Source: Candidatus Zixiibacteriota bacterium
GTDB lineage: Bacteria; Zixibacteria; MSB-5A5; UBA10806; 4484-95
Reading direction: 5' to 3'
Assembly: GCA_037441845.1 (NCBI GenBank)
Contig: JBBIRK010000001.1
Coordinates: 160,001-224,000, forward strand
Length of the DNA stretch: 64,000 nt
Part shown: one piece after another, positions 56,484 through 64,000 of the stretch
Layout of the letters: every line of letters starts with the position of its first letter
Numbering within the stretch: position 1 is the first letter of the stretch
Translations under genes and position numbers: made by a program
The notes under the pieces: model-generated
What the model was told of the DNA's origin: nothing
Seen by the model: the letters and a program-made list of their open reading frames with translations, nothing else
The model's database searches: none

Positions 56484-57665
56484 ATGGATCTATTTGACAA
56501 ATGCCGTAATTTTACCGCGGCGCGCGAGGCTATCAAGGCCGGCTATTATCCATATTTCCGCGAAATCTCTTCGGGTTCGGATTGCGAGGTGACGATCCAC
56601 GGCCGGAAAGTTATAATGATCGGATCCAACAATTATCTCGGTCTGACGAATCACCCGAAAGTGATCGAAAAAATCCACTGGGCGGTCGATAAGTACGGGT
56701 CGGGATGCACCGGATCACGGTTTTTGAACGGAACCCTTGATATTCACGTCGAGCTGGAGGAAAAACTTGCTCGTTTCATGAATACCGAAGCGGCGCTCGT
56801 GTTTTCCACCGGGTTCCAGACCAATCTCGGCACCATAGCCACTATCGCCGGCAAGGACGACTATATTTTCACCGACCGCAGTGATCACGCTTCCATAGTC
56901 GATGGTTGCCGGCTTTCGTTCGCCGAGACCATCAAATATCGCCATAACGATATGGAGGATCTGAAACGAGTTCTGAGTCGGGTGTCTCCGGATTCGGGAA
57001 AACTGATCGTCACCGACGGCGTTTTTTCAATGGAGGGGGACATAGTGAATTTGCCGCGGTTGGTCGAGCTGGCTTCCGAATACAAGGCCAATATACTCGT
57101 GGATGACGCCCATGCCATAGGGGTGCTCGGTCGCAACGGGCGAGGCACCGCGGAACATTTCGGGCTTGAGGACAAAGTCGACCTGGTGATGGGGACCTTT
57201 TCCAAATCGTTCGCCTCGATCGGGGGATTCATTGCCGGTAAAGAGGAAGTCATTCATTATATAAAACATTTTTCGAGAGCGTTGATCTTTTCCGCCTCTC
57301 CTCCGCCGGCGGCGGTCGCGGCGGTCTTGGCCTCTCTCGAAATTATGGAGAGCGAGCCGGAAAGACGCACCCGGTTATGGGAAATCACTCATAGAATGCA
57401 TAGAGAATACAAGGCGATGGGATTCAATCTGGGTACCTCCGAAACCCCCATAATTCCCATCTATATAGGCGAAGACTTAAAGACTTTTTTATTCTGGAAA
57501 GAGCTGACGGAAGCGGGGATTTTCACCAACCCGATCGTTTCCCCGGCGGTTCCACCCGGTTCGTCGCTGATAAGAACCAGCTACACCGCCAACCACACCG
57601 ACGAGCAGATGGATCGGGTGCTGGAGGCATTTTACAAGGTCGGCAAAAAAGTCGGCATCATTTAA
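56484..57665 (+). CDS. spt: Serine palmitoyltransferase-like PLP-dependent alpha-oxoamine synthase
   Basis: GSNNYLGL, GCTGSRFLNGT, DHASI, DDAHAIG, GTFSKSFASIGG; GGAG RBS before the ATG at 56484. Confidence 0.82.
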   Translation: MDLFDKCRNFTAAREAIKAGYYPYFREISSGSDCEVTIHGRKVIMIGSNNYLGLTNHPKVIEKIHWAVDKYGSGCTGSRFLNGTLDIHVELEEKLARFMNTEAALVFSTGFQTNLGTIATIAGKDDYIFTDRSDHASIVDGCRLSFAETIKYRHNDMEDLKRVLSRVSPDSGKLIVTDGVFSMEGDIVNLPRLVELASEYKANILVDDAHAIGVLGRNGRGTAEHFGLEDKVDLVMGTFSKSFASIGGFIAGKEEVIHYIKHFSRALIFSASPPPAAVAAVLASLEIMESEPERRTRLWEITHRMHREYKAMGFNLGTSETPIIPIYIGEDLKTFLFWKELTEAGIFTNPIVSPAVPPGSSLIRTSYTANHTDEQMDRVLEAFYKVGKKVGII

Positions 57666-57676
57666 TCGAATAAGTC

Positions 57677-58804
57677 GTGACATCTTACCGCATAATAGAA
57701 GCATCCGATCGGAAATCGATGGATGATTTCATAGCAGTTCCTTTTTCCCTCTATCGCGGCGATCCATATTGGGTGCCCCTGCTGATCGCGGATTTACGGA
57801 AATTTTTCGATCGTCGAATCAATCCGTTTTTCCGTCATTCGTCGGCTAGATTTTTCGTGGCATATAAGGACAAGCGACCGATCGGCAGAATAGCCGGAAT
57901 CATAAACAACCGACATAACGAATTTCATAACGAAAAGACCGGATTTTTCGGTTTTTTCGAATGCCCCGATGATCAAGGATTGGCCGCTGAGCTTTTTGCG
58001 GCGGCGACCTCGGTGGCAAAAGAGGCCGGCATGGATCGTCTTCGCGGCCCCGCCAACTATTCCTCCAATGACGACTGGGGATTTCTCTGTGAGGGGTTCG
58101 ACCTGCCGCCGGCGTTCCAGATGCCATACAATCCGCCCTATTATTTAAGTCTGGCCGAAAAATGCGGATTCGCGCGATGCAAGGATCTGCTGGCGTATTA
58201 TCTCGATCATGGCACTCCGCTGCCGGAAAATTCGTTGCGCCTTGAAAAAATAATCCGAAAACGGGAAAGAATAAAGGTTAGACCGATCAACCTCGCCGAT
58301 TTCGATCGGGAACTGGAAAATATCCGATTGATATACAACGCCGCCTGGAGCAAAAACTGGGGATTCGTGCCGATGACCCAAGAAGAAATCGAGCATGTGG
58401 CTGCGGATTTCATAAAGATCGTCGATCCCCACATCGTATTCCTCGCTTTCGTCAACGATGAGCCTGCCGGCTTCTCGCTGACCATGCCGAATCTGAATCC
58501 GGTTTTGAAAAAGATGAACGGAAGGCTTTTCCCGACGGGGTTTCTGAAATTCCTCTGGCATACCAAAATCAAACGTTCGATAGATGGAGTACGGATAATG
58601 GCCACCGGGGTAGTGCACAAATATCAGAAGCTGGGGATTGACAACATCTTCTACATCGATACTTACCGAGTGGCTCAAGATCGGGGATACAAATGGGGCG
58701 AGCTTTCCTGGATACTCGAAGACAATGCGCTGATGAATCGTGCACTGCAAAATATCGGCGGGCGGCCCTACAAACGCTATCGATTATTCGAAAAAAAGAT
58801 TTGA
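57677..58804 (+). CDS. Bacterial ceramide synthase-like GNAT protein
   Basis: GRIAGIIN..HN, GFFGFFEC, MPYNPPYY, YNAAWSKNWGFVP, ELSWILEDN; starts 12 nt after the spt-like stop. Confidence 0.75.
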   Translation: MTSYRIIEASDRKSMDDFIAVPFSLYRGDPYWVPLLIADLRKFFDRRINPFFRHSSARFFVAYKDKRPIGRIAGIINNRHNEFHNEKTGFFGFFECPDDQGLAAELFAAATSVAKEAGMDRLRGPANYSSNDDWGFLCEGFDLPPAFQMPYNPPYYLSLAEKCGFARCKDLLAYYLDHGTPLPENSLRLEKIIRKRERIKVRPINLADFDRELENIRLIYNAAWSKNWGFVPMTQEEIEHVAADFIKIVDPHIVFLAFVNDEPAGFSLTMPNLNPVLKKMNGRLFPTGFLKFLWHTKIKRSIDGVRIMATGVVHKYQKLGIDNIFYIDTYRVAQDRGYKWGELSWILEDNALMNRALQNIGGRPYKRYRLFEKKI

Positions 58805-59068
58805 CGACTCACAGCTGTCCATAAGAAACGCCAAATCCGCCATCATTATGCTTTATTTATAATCGTCAAGTTTAATCGAACAGTCTCAATTTTGGTCATG
58901 ACCGATACCCAAAAGAAATCTTTTCCGGCGCAAGCCTATCGCCGTTCGGTGGATAATTTTCATAATGCACATGCAAAGCTATCGGCCTTAATCCGTAAAG
59001 CGGAGGCTCAGTGATAATAGCAACCGAATTTGAATCGATCGAATCTATTGTGATAGGTCGCCGGCACT

Positions 59069-59881
59069 TCAATGCTGGCATCGAGGGCAGTAGTGGGTGG
59101 ATCGCCCTCCGAGAATGATCCGCTTTATGGCGGTTCCGCAACGCCGGCAAGGTTCGCCGGTTCGCCCGTAAACCTTGATCAGTTTTTGAAAATTGCCCTT
59201 GCGGCCGTTGCCGTCAAGATAATCATCGACGGAGCTCCCTCGGTTGTCGATCGCCTTTTGCAAAGTCCGCCTTACACATTCGTGCAGGCGCAAAAGTTCG
59301 CGCCGAGTAACCGTTGAGGCTTTTCGTGTCGGCCTTATGCCTGCCGCATGCAGCGACTCATCGGCATAGATATTGCCTATTCCGGCGACGATTCCCTGAT
59401 CCATGAGCGTAGATTTAATCGCCTTCTGCCTGGCTTTCAGGGTTTGGATAAATCGGGTGCTGCTGATTTCGAAAGGCTCGGGACCGAGACCAGCGAGACG
59501 GGCATGTTGATCGATTTTCATTTCCGAGATGAAACAGATTCGGCCGAACTTTCTTACATCGTAAAACGACAGCCTATTCTTTTCGAATTGAATCCAAAAA
59601 TGGAGATGTTTGCTTTGGCTCGTTTCGGGATGATCGATTATCAGCCGTCCGGTCATCCCCAGATGACATACGATCGCCAGGTGAGATTCGAAAAAAAGCA
59701 TGAGGTTTTTTCCCCGACGATCGATCCGCTTGATCATTTTGCCAGAGAGCGCCGATATGTCATAGCCGCGTTCCGGCTCGACGACCGCATGATTCAAAAG
59801 GCGGACCTCCAAGACCCGCTGGCCGATCAGGACGGCACGCAAATCGCGCGCGATAGTTTCGACTTCGGGTAATTCCGGCAT
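59069..59881 (-). CDS. mutM: Formamidopyrimidine-DNA glycosylase
   Basis: MPELPEVE, RRGK, HLGMTG, GIGNIYADE, C-terminal zinc finger CRRC...CPRCQ. Confidence 0.97.
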   Translation of the reverse strand: MPELPEVETIARDLRAVLIGQRVLEVRLLNHAVVEPERGYDISALSGKMIKRIDRRGKNLMLFFESHLAIVCHLGMTGRLIIDHPETSQSKHLHFWIQFEKNRLSFYDVRKFGRICFISEMKIDQHARLAGLGPEPFEISSTRFIQTLKARQKAIKSTLMDQGIVAGIGNIYADESLHAAGIRPTRKASTVTRRELLRLHECVRRTLQKAIDNRGSSVDDYLDGNGRKGNFQKLIKVYGRTGEPCRRCGTAIKRIILGGRSTHYCPRCQH

Positions 59882-59882
59882 T

Positions 59883-61757
59883 CTACCGCCTTAGAACCAA
59901 GTATTTATCCGCCTGGTTCTTGGCGGAGGCATAGAAGCCGTTAAGACTGGCGCAAGCTTCGGGCTTCAGGCGATATGGTTTCAGGCTGAATCCGCGGGTA
60001 ATGGTTATCGTATTGGCGGAAACGACCACAACCGAAAATATCTCGCCCAGAAAACTGGTCAAACTGAAATTTTCAGGAATATGTTCGACCCGCCAGCCGG
60101 CAGGAATCTCCACCGTGATTCTTTCTTGTTGCGAATGGGGCCGCCCCAATTCGATAGGCAGCCTGCGTGTTTCATCATAATACTCGAATCGGCTCCAGCG
60201 TCCGAGAATATCGAGGGGCAGAAATATGCGCCGATCGCCTTCGGCTGTATAGCGCTGTGCGGCGATTCGATAACTGACGCGCAAGGGATTGACCGGCGAA
60301 TAAATATCCTCGAATTCGAGTTCGGTCAAGGTCGATCCGGGGATGCCGCTCAACACCATCTTCGACCATCTTTCCCGGCGTATTTCCGGTGATTCATCCT
60401 GCAGCATTTTTTTCTCTTCTATATTCAGCGATCCGGAAAAAAGCTCAATCCCCTCGGCCAGAAGCTCGCCGGTTTCCGTGAAAGATATTTTCAGATGAAC
60501 CGCCCGACCGTTTTCGCGATAATCGGATACGGGCGTGCCGATAAATTGCCCCGCCTGGCCGACAACGAGACCGTCGACCGCCTGATCCTCGAACGGCAAA
60601 ACCCCGATCGGCGCGCCGCGGTAAAGCGGATCGATCCAGATCGTATCGCGGGAATCGCACACGGCCAGCAGAAGACGATTGAAAAAAAGGAAGGCGGGAA
60701 AATCACGAATTATCGTTTCGTTGTTTCTGGTCGAAATCAACACGAAATCGTAATCGATACCAGCCCTGTCGAGAAACCATCCTGTTATGAAGGCAGCTTC
60801 CGCTTGCGAACCCCAGCCTCGCGCCATTAGACGTTCCGGCGTGTCGGTTACGTCTATAGTCGAATAAAGAGACCGAAAGTTCTCGGATACATAGGTAACA
60901 ATCTTCTGCAGGCACTGCCTTTTTTCCTGCGTGTCTTTCAGCAGCTCGACTGCTTTCGCCCTTAGAATTTCGGAGTCTCTATCGAGCTCTTTTAACCTGC
61001 TGTCATAGGCTCTTGACAAAGTTTTCCAGCTCACCTTATTTCGTTCGGGGTCGGGCCAGCGGTTGTCATGGGAAAAACCATAGAGCAAGCAGGGTATGAA
61101 TTCGTCGGCCGGCGGGCTGTCGGGTTCGAAAATCACCCCGGGCAACGGACCTGCATCCCATGCGTAATTCACCCATAATTCACCCGATTTGATGTATTCG
61201 TTCGATCTCGAATGACGATATAAACAGGAGGGATTGACTATAAAATTAAATACCCAATCCACCGGCGCAGAAAGCGCCACTCGACTATGCCGCACCGGAT
61301 AACTCCGCCCGAAATATCTTCGCCCGGAAAACGCCGGTTCACTCGATTCAAGCACCCACTCGAAAACGAAAACCGCGCCGGCCCGTGAATCCGGAAAAGT
61401 CACGGCTATCCTTCGCCTATTGCCCTGGATATCGATCATCGCCATTTCCGAATCGGGCACCGCCGAAGTGTCGCCCTCGGGGGTAATCGTGAAAGCTGTC
61501 GCGCTGATCGGATCGCTATAGGGAATCACCGGCGTGGTTGCGTTCGCCGCCACGCCACCTCCTCGTCTCAGGGCCATGGCCAGCGAACGGAAATGTCTCG
61601 AATATTTGAATCCGCCGCCGTCAAAACTGACCGCCGTGCTGTCATACAAGTCAAGATATACCGCTTCCTGGTCGGGGTAGATCGCCAGCATTTCGACCAA
61701 ACCCTGTATTTGCTGAGCGTTAAGGCCGGCGGCCGCAAGACACAACAGCAGTCCCAC
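59883..61757 (-). CDS. DUF3857/transglutaminase-like/DUF3858-type exported protein lacking the catalytic Cys; start uncertain
   Basis: Architecture parallels the upstream paralogue; GWGSQAE at the GDC position and FNRLL at the FNHVI position. Confidence 0.7.
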   Translation of the reverse strand: MGLLLCLAAAGLNAQQIQGLVEMLAIYPDQEAVYLDLYDSTAVSFDGGGFKYSRHFRSLAMALRRGGGVAANATTPVIPYSDPISATAFTITPEGDTSAVPDSEMAMIDIQGNRRRIAVTFPDSRAGAVFVFEWVLESSEPAFSGRRYFGRSYPVRHSRVALSAPVDWVFNFIVNPSCLYRHSRSNEYIKSGELWVNYAWDAGPLPGVIFEPDSPPADEFIPCLLYGFSHDNRWPDPERNKVSWKTLSRAYDSRLKELDRDSEILRAKAVELLKDTQEKRQCLQKIVTYVSENFRSLYSTIDVTDTPERLMARGWGSQAEAAFITGWFLDRAGIDYDFVLISTRNNETIIRDFPAFLFFNRLLLAVCDSRDTIWIDPLYRGAPIGVLPFEDQAVDGLVVGQAGQFIGTPVSDYRENGRAVHLKISFTETGELLAEGIELFSGSLNIEEKKMLQDESPEIRRERWSKMVLSGIPGSTLTELEFEDIYSPVNPLRVSYRIAAQRYTAEGDRRIFLPLDILGRWSRFEYYDETRRLPIELGRPHSQQERITVEIPAGWRVEHIPENFSLTSFLGEIFSVVVVSANTITITRGFSLKPYRLKPEACASLNGFYASAKNQADKYLVLRR

Positions 61758-61898
61758 CGAAAAACAGCGGCGAGTAATCGGATAATCGAAAAAAGCGATG
61801 GCAAAAAAGTGAGTAAAAACGATCGCTGCCGTCCGTTTCGTGTCGGCGATTATCGCTTTAGTCGTAAAGATCAGCTTACCTCGTAAAATAGAGTTGCA

Positions 61899-63770
61899 CT
61901 AATGCCTTAGGCCTTCGATAGCAATCTTCCCCGGCAATCGATCGGTCGATTCTTCAATAAAACGGGAAAACTTCTTAAGGGTTTCCGTGTCGTAATTATA
62001 CCTGCTGAGATTGACAAATCGATAAATCTGGCACCGCCTGCCTGAATGATATGCCGTGAAATGCGCCTGCACTCCTCCCTGTATAAAATCCAGCGCCACG
62101 GAATCTTCCTCGGCAAAACGCCCCTCGGCCAGCGTCAAGCTTATAGATTCCTTAAGCCGCACGGGGAATTCGAGATCGAAGACTTCGTCGGATTCATCGA
62201 TCTCGAACAGCCGCCGCAGATAATCCGCAAGCGGCGAGGCGGCGACGAACAGCAGATGTCCACCATCGGCCGTCGAAAAAAAACGGGCGGTCGATTTGGC
62301 TTTGATGCTTGCCTTGTCCCGGGCGAGATATTCAACAGCGACATTCTGGACGCCGACTCCATAGCCGCCGAGTACCGGAAATTGATCGAGAATATTTTTG
62401 CCGAATTCGTTCGGGTCCGCGGAATACACGGCAAAAGCCGGATCGCGGAAATAATTCAACGTAATTTCCCCTTTGGATATTTCGGAAACGAGCCCTTTGA
62501 AAGTAAGGTTGATTTCTATCATATTTCCCGGATCGCGGGAGTCGAGCAAGACAAGTTCCGATTCATTTCCACCGGAACATACCAACGCTCGTTGTTGTCT
62601 TAAGCGCACCGGTAGAACCTGATCGCAGCATGATCTGCCGCCTGGATCGAAAAACCAATATCTTCCTCCGGAACCGCTCGAAACCCTATTTCCTACCGCG
62701 ACTATAACGTGGTTAAAATATCCGGGCCAGGGTAAAGTATCTATCATTTCCACCCGGTCGCGAGAGGCAACCAGCGCCGGAAAAGCGGAAAAACCAACCG
62801 CCCGCAGCAAGGCGATCAGCAGAGCGGATTGATCGCGGCAATCGCCGTATTTCCGTCTTAATACCTCCATCGGTTTCATCGGTCTGAAATCGCCGCGGCC
62901 GAAATCGGCCGATATGTAGCGAATATTTTCGTTTATGAACCGGTTAAGGTAAACTGCGCTGTCGATTGCAGTCGGGGCGACGTTGCAGATAGTCGATGCA
63001 AGATTATATAGAGCGGTATCCGCGTCTATGCCTTCAGAGGAGATATCGTCATAAAAGGCCGCAACATCGTTCCACGATACCGAGGAATACTTTTTCCCCT
63101 CATACTCGAATGAATCAGGCCTGATTACGATGCGGTATGAATCACGCGTGGAATCCCCCTTTTCCGCCTTATGGGCGGGAATGAATCCCGCAAAAAACGC
63201 CGCCGAATCCTCGGAATCTAATAGCTCGAATCGACCGACGGTCGAATAATGCCTGAAGGGGACGGCTGATTTTACGCTGAGATATGAATTGTATGTGGGA
63301 ATCGCTTTTTGTCGGAAATATTGAGGTAAATAGAGCAGACAATCGAATTCGATTCTATAGCTGACGCCGGCCACTGATCCTTCGCCGCCGAAAGGAATAG
63401 AAACGACTATCGTCTTGCTGTCGGCGAAATAATCCGGCCCGAAGTCGGAATTCGTTCTGATGTCGCTATCGACGAGACCAACGATGCGACCATCAGGCAA
63501 TATGGTGGTGACTTCAATTTGCTTAAGACGAATATGCCTGTTAGTGGATAGCGTTAGGTTCCTGGCGGCCGCATCAACCATCGCCCCGAAACGATACGCC
63601 AGTTTGTGAACGGCCGCGGCTTTATAATCGCCTCCGATCGACAGAAACACCGAGTCATAAAGACAAGTCGTCGATTCATTAGCGGCGGCCTGCGAGCATA
63701 GGATAATGTAAATGAATATAATAAAAATGGCGCAATGGATGCGAATTAACATTACCGATATACCGAACAT
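61899..63770 (-). CDS. DUF3857 plus transglutaminase-like exported protein
   Basis: IRYIS, KYGDCRDQSALL, FNHVIVAV, FFDP (Cys-His-Asp triad). Confidence 0.85.
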   Translation of the reverse strand: MFGISVMLIRIHCAIFIIFIYIILCSQAAANESTTCLYDSVFLSIGGDYKAAAVHKLAYRFGAMVDAAARNLTLSTNRHIRLKQIEVTTILPDGRIVGLVDSDIRTNSDFGPDYFADSKTIVVSIPFGGEGSVAGVSYRIEFDCLLYLPQYFRQKAIPTYNSYLSVKSAVPFRHYSTVGRFELLDSEDSAAFFAGFIPAHKAEKGDSTRDSYRIVIRPDSFEYEGKKYSSVSWNDVAAFYDDISSEGIDADTALYNLASTICNVAPTAIDSAVYLNRFINENIRYISADFGRGDFRPMKPMEVLRRKYGDCRDQSALLIALLRAVGFSAFPALVASRDRVEMIDTLPWPGYFNHVIVAVGNRVSSGSGGRYWFFDPGGRSCCDQVLPVRLRQQRALVCSGGNESELVLLDSRDPGNMIEINLTFKGLVSEISKGEITLNYFRDPAFAVYSADPNEFGKNILDQFPVLGGYGVGVQNVAVEYLARDKASIKAKSTARFFSTADGGHLLFVAASPLADYLRRLFEIDESDEVFDLEFPVRLKESISLTLAEGRFAEEDSVALDFIQGGVQAHFTAYHSGRRCQIYRFVNLSRYNYDTETLKKFSRFIEESTDRLPGKIAIEGLRH

Positions 63771-63783
63771 CGGTAGATTAATG

Positions 63784-64000
63784 CTATTTCAGATAGCCGG
63801 CGATCTGATTCACCCAATCGATAAGAAATCTGAATCGGCCGATCAGTAGCGAAATGCGCGACATGACGGTGTATCCGAACGTGGAGCCGAACCCGATCAT
63901 CAAAATCCACACACCGAATCTGGCCATGCCGCCGACGATCCCTTTATGCTCCATCGAAAAATAAAAGTAGGTAAGCCCGCATATCGTTCCGATTATCACG
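63784..64000 (-). CDS. Hypothetical membrane protein, C-terminal part; 5' end lies outside the window
   Basis: Hydrophobic frame open to the window edge: YFYFSMEHKG...WILMIGFGSTFGYTVMSRISLL. Confidence 0.7.
   Translation of the reverse strand, partial: VIIGTICGLTYFYFSMEHKGIVGGMARFGVWILMIGFGSTFGYTVMSRISLLIGRFRFLIDWVNQIAGYLK

Noticed and set aside
58898..59014. 38-codon plus-strand ORF MTDTQKKSF... after the bCerS-like gene
   Set aside because: No clear RBS or recognisable motif; cannot be supported.

Overview
Gene-dense chromosomal window of about 47 genes from a diderm bacterium. Gingipain-family (C25) proteases, FlgD/T9SS-like C-termini, Cys-containing dockerin-like tails and multiheme cytochromes suggest an FCB-superphylum candidate lineage such as Zixibacteria; this is an inference and no search was run. 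I saw no rRNA, tRNA, CRISPR array or IS element. Main points: (1) A hidden selenoprotein candidate. The Omp28-like gene at 9978..11348(-) has a strong RBS, a signal peptide and an in-frame TGA at the first Cys position of a thioredoxin-type motif (U-A-G-C), followed by a SECIS-like hairpin. (2) A complete extracellular electron transfer locus at 11517..19007: a CbcL-like and an ImcH-like inner-membrane cytochrome flank an MtrA/DmsE-like cytochrome, a porin and a lipoprotein cytochrome. (3) The same 4-Cys dockerin-like C-terminal module occurs on the selenoprotein and on a Kgp-like protease, while a second C25 paralogue ends in a T9SS-type tail. (4) A serine palmitoyltransferase plus bacterial ceramide synthase pair. 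(5) A 4-hydroxybutyryl-CoA dehydratase-like enzyme whose catalytic residues appear substituted. The rest is the end of an EPS operon and housekeeping genes (rho, rsfS, panD, glnA, mutM, phosphomannomutase, cobB, bcp). Family assignments rest on motif recognition from memory.
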